Source: Guillardia theta CCMP2712
Taxonomy: Eukaryota > Protista > Cryptophyta
Reading direction: 5' to 3'
Length of the DNA: 64,000 nucleotides
Assembly: GCF_000315625.1 (NCBI RefSeq)
Contig: NW_005434521.1
Location: forward strand, 73,862-137,861
Shown here: positions 52,316-64,000 of the stretch, piece after piece
Layout: each line of letters opens with the position of its first letter
Numbering within the stretch: the first letter of the stretch is position 1
The notes under the pieces: model-generated
What the model saw: only the letters and a program-made list of their open reading frames with translations
Database searches by the model: none
Told to the model about the DNA's origin: nothing
Program-made: the position numbers and the translations under genes

Positions 52316-55300
52316 TCTCCTCCTCCTTCTCCTTCTCCTTTCCTCCTCCACCTCCTCCTTGTCCTCCTCCTCCTCCTCCCTCCTCCCTCCTCCTCCTCCT
52401 TGTCCTCGTCCTCGTCCTTGTCCTCCTCCTTGTCCTTGTCCTTGTCCTCCTCCTCCTCCTCCTTGTCCTCGTCTCCCTTTCCTCTCTTATCTTCCTTCTG
52501 ATATCCTCCCGCCCTCCTTGTGCTCCTTGTCCTCCCTCCTTGCTCTTCCCGTCCTCTTCCTCCTCACATGGCGGGCAGGTGGTTGACTGGCACAACTATG
52601 GCTACACCATCATGGAGACGACTGGGGCCCCGAAGATCGCTATCTTACTTGCAAAGATCTACGAGATGGCGCTGGGATGCCTCGCAGACGGGTAGAGAGA
52701 GGAGGAGGATGGAAGGAGCAAGGAAGAAGGAAGAAGCAATTTGAAGCGAAAATACGTGGAGAAGGGAGGGTAGAGAAATAGGAATAGGAGATGAGCAAGG
52801 GAGGAGGGAGGAGGGAGGGAGGCAACGGGGAGGGAGGAGGGAGGGAGGCAACGGGGAGGGAGGAGGGAGGGAGGCAACGGGGAGGGAGGAGGGAGGGAGG
52901 CAACGAGAAGGGAGGAGGGAGGGAGGCAACGGGGAGGGAGGAGGGAGGGAGGCAACGGGGAGGGAGGCTGTTGAGGCCCTTGCAGGCACTTCTGTGTGTC
53001 CGAGGCCATGAAGAAAGATCTCGCCAGCCGCTGGAGGATCCCCGAGGCTGTCGTCCTCTATGATCGGCCTCCTTCCCGTACGTGCCGGTCCTCTCCTCCG
53101 CCCTCCGCTGATGGCTGCATGCCCCCCAGACTTCAGGAGGCAGACGGAGGCTGAGAAGTTCGAGCTGTTCAAGAGGTTGGAGCAGGAGGGAGTTGTGAAG
53201 CTCGGCGACTTCTACAACCCAGTCGACGAAGGTAATTGCCTCCCTTCTACTCATGCTCGTGCTCCTGTCCCTCCTACTATCTGTATTCTCCTTTACCTTT
53301 CCTATCTATCCCGTCTGCTCCTCCTTTCCTTCTCTTTCCATCCTCCATCTTCTTCTCTCTGCTTCATCCCTTTGCCCCCCCTGCTCACGTTTGACCAGCC
53401 CCGAAGCCAACACCTCGACCAAATCGTCCTGCGCTTGTGGTAGGAAATCTGTGACCCTGATAAAGTGAAGGAGGGGGAAAGGCAGGAGTTGGGGCTAGAG
53501 AGCCAAGAGCCAGGCAAGCAGGATGTAGATGAGTGAGGCGTTGCTGCAAAGTGGATCGAGGGTGAGGGAGAGGGAGTGAGCAGGAGTGAGGGCAGGAGGG
53601 GGAGAAGGGCAGGGAGGACTAGCAGCAGCAGCAGCAGAAGCAGAAGCAGAAGCAGAAGAAGAAGAAGAAGACGAAGAAGAAGAAGGAGGGGGAGGAGAAG
53701 GCGCAACAGTAGAAGCAGCAGAAGCAGCAGCAGTAGCAAGTGGAGATGGTGCAGGAGCAGGAGGCAGGCTTTAGCTCATCTCGCTGCAGGTCTCTTCTAC
53801 CAGCTGGACCCCGGACGAGGACTTCGGGCTGTTCATGACAGCCCTGAAGGAGTTGGACATGATGCTACGTAACTTTCGTTCCTCCTCCTCCTCAACTACA
53901 AGCTTCAGCTCTGTCCCTCCTGCTCCTCCTGCTCTCTCCTGCTCCTGCTCCTACGCATGCTACTGCTACTGCTCGTGCTCCTGCTCGTCCTCTTCCACCT
54001 TTTCCTTCGCTGCTACCACCTTCGCCAACTCCTCGTCGTCATCGACTACCACCTCGACCACCACCACTACTAAAACCACCACCTCCTCCTCGCCCCCTCG
54101 CCCCCTCCCCTAAACCCTAACCCCTTACCCCCCCCCCCTCCCCCCCTCCCCCTCCCCTCCCCCTCCCTCCCTCCCTCCCTNNNNNNNNNNNNNNNNNNNN
54201 NNNNNNNNNNNNNNNNNNNNNNNNNNNNNNNNNNNNNNNNNNNNNNNNNNNNNNNNNNNNNNNNNNNNNNNNNNNNNNNNCCCTCCTCCTCCTCCTCCTT
54301 CCTCTGCCGTTGACAATGACTGTCAGGTTCCACGTCATCGCTGGGAGACGACGATAGCTCGAGGGTTCTCGTCGTCATCACCGGCAAGGGTCCGCTCAAG
54401 GAGCAGTTCGAGCAGGAGATCTGCTCCGCAGGTTGCTTCCTCCATCCTCCTCTTCCTGTTGGGTTCGTGCTGAACGAGAAGGGCAAGGGTTCGCCAGGGT
54501 CTCCGTCAAGACAGCCTGGCTTGCGTGTGAGGACTATCCGAAGCTGCTAGGCAGCGCAGACCTAGGTAGCAGCCCATAGCTCGCTCTCCCCCCCTTCATA
54601 GCTGACTGCTCGCTGGAGGTGTGTGCTTGCATTATTCATCTTCGGGACTCGACCTCCCCATGAAGGTTCTCTCTTGTCCTCCTTTCCTCTAACCCTGCGC
54701 CCCCTGCTACACCCCTCCCGCCCAAACCTGCCCACCCACTTTCCCTTCCACCTTCCCCTCCACCTTTCCCCATCCCGTGCCCCTCCAGCCTTACCCTTTC
54801 CTTTTATTCCTCTGCATGCTACACTTCTTCTCCCCCTGCCCCGTCCCACTCCTCCCCGTCCCCCTTCCTTCCTCCACTACCTCCCCGCCTCCTTGTCCTC
54901 TTGCGCCCTCTTGCTGAACTCCCAGCAGGTCGTCGACATGTTCGGATGCGACCTCCCAGTCCTCGCCAAGAGGTCTCCCTCCTGCCCTTCAAGCTCCGTC
55001 CTCACTCAGCAGCACAGGTACGCGTGCATACAAGAGCTCGTCGCCGACGGCAAGCACGGATACCTCTTCGACGACTCCCGCCAGCTCGCCCAGCAGGTGG
55101 AGAGGCTGCGATGGGGAAGAAGAGGGGGACTGAGCAGCTATGAAGATGTTCCGCCTTCTGTCCGAGTTCCCCGAGGATCAGGAGAAACTTGACAGCATGC
55201 GGGAGTCGATCGTTTCCTCCCACTGCACCCGCTGGGAGGTGAAGGCTGGCAGTGGAAAACCTTGGTTGCGAGCTTGACGAGACTGCAGGACGAGTGGAAG

Positions 55301-55342
55301 GAGAGAGCCAGCAGCGTCTTCTCTCGTTATGTGGGAACGTGA
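50993..55342 (+). CDS. ALG1: Chitobiosyldiphosphodolichol beta-mannosyltransferase (multi-exon)
   Basis: [99 protein letters not shown]. Confidence 0.96.
52800..52966. repeat. ~26-bp purine-rich minisatellite (GGAGGCAACGGGGAGGGAGGAGGGAG-like), intronic
   Basis: About six near-identical tandem units inside an ALG1 intron. Confidence 0.9.
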
Positions 55343-55581
55343 GGACACGTGGAGTGGTGACATCTGAGAGAGGAAGGGGACGGGAGCTTGTGGTTCAACG
55401 ACTATTTTCAACAAATTCATGTACAGAGAAACAAGTTTAGCTAGCTCGGTTCTAGATACAACGCATCGTAGTGATAGCGTGTAGATAACAGCAAGTCAAA
55501 TGATGACCAGGTAAAGAATGAGAACAATAAAACATGGAGGATAAGATAACAGAGTATGGTACAAGCTTCGCGATTGAGCTT

Positions 55582-55806
55582 CTAGAGGACAGATGCCCGT
55601 CGTACGTTTCCTCTCCGATCTTGTACGACGATGCTTTCAGTACTCATTCGCTTCTGTGATTGAGACGAGATGAGGGGCTTGTTGAGCTTGTCGAAGGCTC
55701 CCATCTGACACTTGAGGGACTTGAAATGCTTCTTTGCGTCCTGCTGTTGGATCGACGCCCCGCAGAAAGGGCAAGGAGCATCGTCTTGCTTGCTTCCAAA
55801 CATCAT
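55582..55806 (-). CDS. Small protein (74 aa) with a putative C2HC zinc finger
   Basis: MMFGSKQDDAPCPFCGASIQQQDAKKHFKSLKC (C-x2-C-x11-H-x5-C); intronless, with a GGGGTA block upstream. Confidence 0.55.
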   Translation of the reverse strand: MMFGSKQDDAPCPFCGASIQQQDAKKHFKSLKCQMGAFDKLNKPLISSQSQKRMSTESIVVQDRRGNVRRASVL

Positions 55807-57303
55807 CGTTCTATCTGGTCTCGACGAAGATCCTTCTTCCTCCTCTTGGCTTCGCCTTCTTCTCTCCTGTCCTCTGTTGTTCTCTCTTCTCCTCTCTTCT
55901 CCTCTCTTCTTCTCTCTCCCGCTCGCTCGTTCTCTCCTCGCCTCTCGCTGCCTCTGATTGCCCACCACGGATGCAGAGTTTTATAGCCGAGGTTTTTAGA
56001 AGAACTACCTGGGGGTCCCAGCCTATTCACGGTCACCACTGGGGGTAGTCATACTGAGGGTGGTACGTTCGACACGGTGGGTAGTCACAGAAAGGGGGTA
56101 GTGGTCATAGATGGAGGGGTGTAAAAATTAAAGTACCCGTCAATTATCAGTGAAATCATGGGAAAAAGAGGGTAGTAGTACGAGAGTACCAGTGATTTTT
56201 GGGGCAAGGTGGGCAAGGAGGGGTGTATGAAGGTCTTGACATGGGGTGCCGTGAATGACGAATTGAGCACAAGGGTACTAGTACACTAGTGGTTTTCGGA
56301 GACAGCCGATGAGGCTGTAAGGGGGGGGGTAGGGTAGTTTTCCGTGGTCTCGCAACTGTTTACAGTACCCGTACTATTCAATAGGAAAAGAGCTTTAATT
56401 GGGGTGGGGGTGAGTTTTGAGATGTTTTTTGGTTTCCTTATGGCAGGTAGGGGTGGTAGAACCGAAAGTGAGGCATTGCAAGTCACGGGAGCTTGTCAGT
56501 GCCGAACAGGGGTCATTAGAACCTTCAAACGATGGGTGGGGGGTACTTTTTTTTGAATGGGTGGTATCTTTGCCGTGAGCGGATCCTCCCGAACTACCGG
56601 TACTTTGATGGGGAATGGCAGTGACTGATGGGGGGTACTTTTGTTCTATTTTGGAGGATTGAGGTGGGTGGGTTGGGGTCATGTGCATTTTCTTTAGTTC
56701 GGACTTCGGAAAGGGTGCCGGACGTGACTCAGTTCAATTCGCCGTCTGAATATTTTTCAAGTTATACTCCTACTTTTCGAGTTAATATCGCAATAATTTG
56801 AATCAATCCCGAGAGATTGAGAAGCTTCAATCGGAGTCCCGGGTCAGCAAGCAGACGGTTCAAGTTCAAACGTCGTCCCCTTGGTCATCATGTCACGGCA
56901 CTTGCCGTGACCTCAACACTCTTGACAGCTGCCCGGCTCTGAATCTGCCGGGCCCGGCCGGGGATTCCGGCAATCTTGGTGTTTACTGAAAAAAATGACT
57001 AAAAACGTCATATATTTCCACACGGGGGATGGGGTGGTCTTCCAATGCTCTTGACGAAGAGGCAATACACTCTGGCCCTTGAAATGAAGTGGGTAGGGGT
57101 CACTACCCCACACTGTAGTGACTCAAGAGTTGGGTCAGAGGGTAGTCTTGTCAGCGTAGAAAACAGAAATTCCATACAGAAAATGGGGGTAGTATGACTT
57201 TGTAATCGAACTAGTAGGGGTGGGGTCACAACTTATGGAATTCTGTAGGGGGTAGTCAAATATAAGGGGGGGTAGAGGTGGAAAACCACCGAGAATAGGA
57301 AGA

Positions 57304-57429
57304 ATGCTGTCGCAGTTGATGCACGGAAACTGGTCGAAGGTGGCAAGCGACTACATGAAGCATTCAAGATGGCTGAAGAAGTTGAACAGCACTCTCAACG
57401 GTGGCGCTGACACCCATGATGACTTCTAG
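57304..57429 (+). CDS. Candidate 41-aa micropeptide
   Basis: MLSQLMHGNWSKVASDYMKHSRWLKKLNSTLNGGADTHDDF*; mostly G/C-ending codons; starts about 15 nt after a GGGGTA block ends. Confidence 0.35.
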   Translation: MLSQLMHGNWSKVASDYMKHSRWLKKLNSTLNGGADTHDDF

Positions 57430-57943
57430 GCGGCTCGTGTCGAAGGTTTCCCATGGCTCTGAGCCTGAGAGGTGCAGGTCGGTTACGATGGTTGAGTTAG
57501 TTTGATGTAGATTAATGCTGCGGTTATAATCGAAATGTTGAGGGCCAACAGTATCTTGTCAGTGTTTCAGCGGTGCCAGAAGTTGTTGCTAAAGGGGAGG
57601 TTGCTCCGGCCGTCAGTTTCCTCTTGACAACAAGTGTCTCTGCCTACCTGCTGCTTCTCTCTCCTTGTTCTCTTTCAACCCTACCCCTCTCTGACTTGCC
57701 TCCAAGATATGCTCTCGGCATTCCTTCCCTTTCCTTGTTTCATTTTGTGTGTCATATTTTTCTTCCCCCTCCATCCATCCATCCATTCCTCCCTCCCTCC
57801 CACCCACCTTCCCTTCATCCCTTATTTCTGCAAGCAATCTCCTTCAGGCCTTCCTGCCTCTCACGCACACAACGCTCTCAACATAAGTTTGGTTTACACA
57901 TCTCACACTTTATTCTTCACCCTTCACATTTACTATGACAACT

Positions 57944-60900
57944 TCAGCACGTGCCACGAAGCTTCTCTATCCTCGCATACAGCTGTGTTATGATTGGAAC
58001 CTGCACTGTTTCAGCCTCCTCTCCTGCTGCCCCTCACTCCCCTCCTTCACCTTCCTTGCCTTCTCCCGCTCGTACTCTGATATCCATGCTTCCAGCCCTG
58101 CTATCCTTTTCTTCACCTGCGCTCGTGTGCTCAGAGGTTGTGGAAGCGCAAGGCGGGAGGGACTTTACCTCTGCATTCTCTTTGTTGCGATTCCCCCCCT
58201 CCTGCGGCTCGGTCAGCTCTACACTGCACAGCATCTCATTCTCACATGCAGCACCTGTGCAGTTTCACGCAACTCCTGCAGCTGCTTTAGCTTGTCTTTG
58301 TACTTGATGCGCTGCCCGTAGAAATCCTTCAGCGTCGCCTCGATCTTGTCCATCTCCTCGGAGTTCATCTGCTCCTCCTCCTCCTCCTCCTCCTCCTCCT
58401 CCCCTTTTCCATTTGATTTCCGGCCCTTGTCAGCAGCATCGAACAGATCGCAAGGCTTCAGCTCATGCAGCGCCAAGTTCCTCTCTTGCTTGACTTGACT
58501 GTCCTGCAACAGGGAGCATTCCTTGGTGTCGTGACGCTTCTCCTCACTCCTAGTTGAGCTAGCGGCTGCATCAGAGTGACCCGCACGCTTGCTTCCATAC
58601 CAGCTGCTCTCCTCCTTGTACGTCCCCGTGTCGAGATCAGAGTAGACTAGGAGGGGACGACGAGGAGCTGGTCGATGAGTCCGAAGCGTCTCCATCATCT
58701 CCACCCTCCCCGCCATGCTCCGCTCACGCTGTTCCTGCTTGTGGTGATCTGCTGCTCCAAGTCGTCGATGCGGCAAGCACAAAAAGTCGGAGGACGAGGG
58801 AGGAGGAGGAGGAGAGCACTGCGTCGAGAGAGGAGGGATGTGTCCTCCTCGCATGCCACTCATCCTCTGCAACCTCCGAGAAAGGGTGAGGGCAAGCCAG
58901 TGTTTGGCTATTCCCGCAGCTCGCGCGTAAGCCCTGCTGCTCCGCTCCATGTGTGACGACAGCGCCTTCTCGTGCTTGTATCGAATCTCCTGCGTCCCCG
59001 CCTTGATCCAACGAGCTGCTCCCTCCCGGAGAAAGCGGACCCTCCTGTCCTCGAAGGCTGCTCGCTCCTTGCTCCGCTTCTCCTTCTTGTACATCACGAA
59101 GCTCTTCATTGCACACAGCGTCTGCTTCACTGACAATCTCCGGTGGTTGTCCCTGATCGTCTGATGCTTTCTCAAGTCGCTCCCCCGCTGCTGCTGCTCC
59201 TCCCTCCATCCCTGCCATCCCACTTGCAGCAGACGCTGATTGATCCTCGTCTGCACAGCCACGATCGTCTGCCTCTCCCACCTCCTCGACTCCACATGGG
59301 AGCTGAGGGCAATTAGTGACCTTCGGATCCTCCGGCTCGTGACGTGGCAGTTAGCCCTTGTCCTCTCCAGCCTTCTCATCACCAGCCGGGCATGGATGTC
59401 CTGCCATGCCAGCAGAGCGCGAGCTGCTGCTCCCCCATGAATCGCACGCCTGAGGTCGTTCACCCTCTCGCTCTTCACTCTTGTCCGCTCCCTCCTCTCC
59501 GTCGCGTATCTTCTCATCGCCGCCAGGGTCCTGCAGCTACTCCTTGTTCTACTGTGCGACTGTGCCATCAACTGGAGGAGGTGGGCGTCAAGAGCAGGCT
59601 AGACAACAGAATTGAAGGTCTTACCTTGATTCTCTTCCGCCTCTCGTCCTCACCCACGAAGATGATCCATGCCTCGAACGCCCTCTGCCTCCTCCAGCCC
59701 TTCAAGACTTGCTGGTAGTATCGCACGATGCTCAGCTCGTGCACTAGAACCCCAAGGAGCAAGGAGAGTAAATGCTGTTTCTTGGCCCTGAACTTCGTCT
59801 CACGCCAGTTGCCAGCGAACTCCAAGTTCATCCTCTTCATCTTCTTCATGGACAAGAAGGAGAACTCGCCCCTTCCTCCCCAACGGTCGAGCGGCCCCTT
59901 GAGCACGCGGAGGTAGTGGTGCATGGCTGCCCTCCGTCGCATCAGAATCTTTCTCTTCGAACTCTCGAGGATCCTCCTCCAAGAGGACAACGACCGCACA
60001 CACGTCTTGTACTCCCTGAACACATCGGCCCTGTCCTTGGCCTCGTCCTTGTTCCTGTTCTCCTGCTTCAAGATCCTCCACTCGAAGCACGCTGTCTTCA
60101 ACACCAGATCTCTCCTGTGCTGGTCTGCAAGATCGCGGGATCGCCGTTTCTTCACTTTGACCACCTTCACTCTCATCCATGTCATGAGTGTTCTGCTCTT
60201 GATAGCGCATGTTTCTCGGTCTCTTACTTGCTGGTACCCGGCCCGGAGCCTGGCGCTCATCCTTTGATGACGAGCCCAGACACTCAAGTTTCGTCTCAAG
60301 AGCTTCGAGCGGGCGGAGCGGTCAGCCACGTCACGAGCGCGCGCTTCGAACTCCCTCTGCTTCATCTCCGTCCTCTTAGACAACAAACTCCAGACCTGCT
60401 CCTCCCTCCTTGACCTCATGGCTGTCAGACACACAGATTCTAACGTCGACATCTCAGCGTTGACCTCCCTCCACACCCTGAAAGACTTTGCGGCCATCGC
60501 TCGCTCCATCCTCCTCTCGAAGTCCTCCACATTGCTCGCCAGCTTCTCTTCTAGCTCCGACAGAGCGATGTTGTGGATCAAGGAAGAGAAGCCCTGCCGA
60601 GTTCGCAGGTCAACTCACACAGTACGAGGCCAACATGCAATCACCTTCTTCAGAATCATCTTCCTACTCCTCACTCTCCTCCACTCCACAAACGTCCTGA
60701 TGAGCTGCTTAAAGAATGAGAACACGTCGAACAAGCTCCCGTCACTCTACCTTGCAGTGATAGTACTTCACTTTCCATGTGGAGAAGGACGTGTCGACAT
60801 AAAACTGATCGTGCAAACGGGCGAGCAGGAGGGCCGACTTTGCGACTGCCCTGGCTCGATCCCGTCTATGGCGCATGTTTCCGAGCAGCGCTTCGATCGC

Positions 60901-61870
60901 TGGTCTTGTCAATCTCATCGCTCGGAAGGCCTTGACGAGCATGCGGGTTGAAGCCTTGATCTCAGCCGTCTTGACTTGGAGTCAGGAGACTTGAGCTCAC
61001 AGCTCTCACTCACCTCTCGCCAGGCAAGCAGGCATGTCCTCTTGTACCGATCAGCCGCATGCAGCAGCGCCTGTTCTTTCGTCATCCTCCCTCACTCCCT
61101 CTCACTCCCTCCCTGCCTCCCTGCCTCCCTCCCCTCCCTCTCTCCCTTTCCCTCTCTCCGAGTAAATTGGCTCACCTTGACATTCAGCGAGTAGAGTTGC
61201 TTCCTGTCCTCTCGGTTCCTTTTCAAGCCTTGCACACATCTCGATGAAAGATGGAAAACCCGCCGGGTCACAACCGCGATCCTGAACCTCCACACCCTCC
61301 TCTCGAACTTACACACCCATCGCCATGCCGCCTACACCGCACGGTACAGTCAGCAGGGCTCCGACAGCCAACATGGGACAAGATGCACCAGAGAATGAGA
61401 GAGGATGGTGCTCTTGTCTTGGTTAAACTCTCTGAACAGCAGGAGCCTCGCTGCATAGATGATCCGATTTGATGAAGAGTCCTGCAAGCTCTACTTAACC
61501 CCCTCCCATCCTCCTCCCCCGCCCTCACACCTTCAAAGAACCGCCGCTCTCCTCTGCCCGCGACGGCATCCACGCTACGGCCCTTCCTCAGCCTGCAGAC
61601 AAGATAAGGTTACCTGTCAAGCAACTTCTTCCTCTCCCTGCCATTCGTCTTCCTTCCTCCGTTTTGCTTGCCCTCCCTGGCTATTCGTTCGTGCTCAGCC
61701 CCGCCCTTAACCCCATCCCACCAGTCCCTTCTATTCTTGTCTGCCCTGCCATGTCCTGTCCTGTCATCCCCTCCCTTCCCCTCCCTTCCCTTTCCCTTCC
61801 TCTCTCCATTCATACGGTTCCGAAGTCTTCCCGCCATTCCCTCTCTGATCACCCCACCTCCATTTTCCAT
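57944..61870 (-). CDS. SFI1: Sfi1-like centrin-binding centriole/basal-body protein (multi-exon)
   Basis: Long basic helical region with periodic Trp (AKSFRVWR, RNLSVWAR, KTACFEWR, RSLSSWRR, RAFEAWI, RALLAWQ). The spliced C-terminus VPIITQLYARIEKLRGTC* resembles SFI1 C-termini. The start codon is ambiguous (61870/61837/61813). Confidence 0.75.
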
Positions 61871-62051
61871 ACTTTTTACATGGGTGGGGAGTGATGGATT
61901 AGGATAGGGGTGTTATCTACATCAAAATAAGGGGTACAGGGTGGTGAGCATATGAGGGGGTACTCACAAGCTATTGGAGGGGGTAGTCACCTGGGTGGAG
62001 ATGATGAGTAAAATTGCCTAGTGAAAGATCAGCCCACGTCAGCCATGGCCA

Positions 62052-62174
<123 letters not shown>

Positions 62175-62451
62175 ACATAAGGACTGAGTACGAGGAGGAA
62201 GAGGAGGAAGGAGGTTTGGAGGTAGCACATTTGAGATAGAGGCAGGAGAAATAATCGAGAGGTTGGTCTGTGTCAGGAAATGGCAAGGGGATTAAGTGGG
62301 AATGGAGCGGGCAGATTGAACTAGACAGGATAGGATCATGTATGAACAAGCGACTGGAAGGAGCGGGAAGAGGAGAAGGAGACAGGTTTACCTTACCCAC
62401 TTCCTCCCTCACTTGGTTCATGCAGGCATGCACCCCTGATCAGAAGGAACC

Positions 62452-63866
62452 ATGGTTGACGCCGAAGCTGTGCTCGCAGCCGAGCTGCAGGAGAGCAGGA
62501 GGAGGGCGGAGGAGCTCTCGGCATTGCTGGAGGCAGAGAGGAGGAGGGCTCAGGAGGCAGAGAGGAAGCTGTATGAGAAGGAGAGGCTGCTGAGAGAAAG
62601 CGAGAAAACTCCTCTTGACGAGCGAGTGGTCGAAGGCGTGCGGAGGAGGTTCGAGGAGGACGAGATCGCCCTCAAACAGCATGCTCAGAGGTTCTCCAAC
62701 GCGGCGTCTGCCATAGACGTCGTGATACCCGGGCTCAAGGCGAACGCGAAAGCTGTGCAGGTGAAGTAGGAGGGAGCGAGGGGAAAGGGGAGGGAGCGAG
62801 GGGGGAGAAAAGGAGGAGTGGAGGGGGCATGGGGGTGAAGCAAGTGGAGGGAGCAGGAGGAGAGGCAGAGGATGAGAGAGGAGGCGAGGATACTCACGAC
62901 TCTCCTCGAGCAGGATCAGATCGCGACTCACTTCTCGTTCCTGAGGAAGCAACTCAAGGACAGGGAGGAGAAGCTTCTGGCGGTGGTGGAGGGGCTGGCG
63001 AGCGAGAAGCTCCGGGCGCTGGAGACCCAGAAGGAAAGGATGCAGAGCATCGTGAGCTCCTGCGAGAGGGCAATCTCGAGCACCGACGAGCTGCTCAAGG
63101 GAGACGACTGGTCGCTGCTCACCAAGAAGGATGCGGTTGCCGAGCAGGTGGGGCGATCAAAGGACGACCTGTCCTCTTTGCCCCTCAGCCCCCCCCCCTC
63201 CCCCTTCTCCTCCTTCTCCTCTGCCTCCTCTTGTCTACCCCACCTCCTCTCCCTCCTCTTCCTCCTCCTTGATTCCTTCCCCGCTCCCGCTCGTACTACT
63301 CTTCCTCCGATATTGGCCCTCCTTCTCCCTCCCACCCACCTTGTTCCTCTCCTCCCTCCTCTCCTCTACCTGGCAGCAGCCTCTTTCTCACCTGCCTCCT
63401 TCAGGTCGCTGCTGCTATCGCCGGCACCTGCAAACTCGATGCGGAGTGGTCGGAGAAGATTCAAGCGAACCTGCCGGGAACTTTAGAAGAGATCATCGAG
63501 TCCCATGGAGTTGTTTCCCTCGCGTCCATCGATATGGTGCCTCCCAACATTCCTCTTCCCCTCCTCCTCTTGTTCCTCCACCTCATTATCTTCCTTTCCT
63601 CTTTCTCTCTCCTCTTCCTCTTCCTCTTCCTCTTCCTCTTCCTCTTCCTCGTCCTCGTCCTCTCTCCTCTCGTCCTTCTCCTCCTCCTCTCGTCCTTCTC
63701 CTCCTCCTCTCGTCCTTCTCCTCCTCCTCCTCACTCTCCTCCTCTTTCTTGTCCTCTAAGCCTCTTCTCTGCTCTCCTTGTCTCTAACTTCACGTGCAGC
63801 CCGAGACCGAGTGGCACAAGGACCTCGCGGTTGTTTCGCGGATCGCCGAACCTCCGCGTCACCTGA
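62452..63866 (+). CDS. Coiled-coil protein with a B-box C-terminal (BBC/TRIM-like) domain (multi-exon; ends approximate)
   Basis: DQIATHFSFLRKQLKDREEKLLAVVEGLASEKLRALETQKERMQ matches the TRIM coiled-coil pattern (F..L...L..RE..LL..V). No RING or B-box cysteines are visible. Confidence 0.65.
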
Positions 63867-64000
63867 AGTCCAGCAGAGCCAGTCAGGGAAACAGCGACTT
63901 CGGCTTCATGTTCGATGTGAGCCTCCTCCTCCTCCACCACCACCACCACCTCCTCCTCCTCCTCCTCTTCCTCCTCTTCCTCCTCTTCCTCCTCTTCCTC

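Noticed and set aside
54107-54130. Telomere-like CCCTAAA/CCCTAA
   Set aside because: Only about two degenerate units in a low-complexity C-rich tract beside a gap, which is not enough for an interstitial telomere call.

Overview
Compact, gene-dense, intron-rich eukaryotic nuclear DNA from a draft assembly; almost every N-gap sits beside a microsatellite. Several genes encode a signal peptide followed by Phe, and there is a plastid triose-phosphate translocator, so the host is probably an alga with a complex red-derived plastid. The style suggests a cryptophyte, but that is inference. Gene models were spliced by eye, so boundaries are approximate. Recognisable genes: FAM135/DUF676 esterase-like (-), a PknB-like Ser/Thr kinase with a coiled coil and HECTD1-type SUN/discoidin domain (-), a C2+IQ protein (+), tRNA-Leu(AAG) (+), MAP2K (+), INTS4 (-), two plastid-targeted PPR proteins (+), RMND5/GID2 (+), a plastid-targeted membrane protein (-), TPT (-), a nucleoredoxin-like thioredoxin (-), ALG1 (+), SFI1 (-) and a BBC coiled-coil protein (+), plus several small orphan ORFs. 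Most notable: (1) both PPR proteins are built from an elongated ~40-aa repeat instead of 35 aa and lie in a run of plastid-targeted genes; (2) intergenic DNA falls into three distinct sequence classes (TACCCC/GGGGTA blocks at gene 5' ends, GC-rich TGASTCA/CCGG blocks, AT-rich islands); (3) three alanyl-tRNA synthetase exons lie antisense inside a MAP2K intron; (4) AAG splice acceptors recur. No CRISPR, rRNA or intact transposon is visible.
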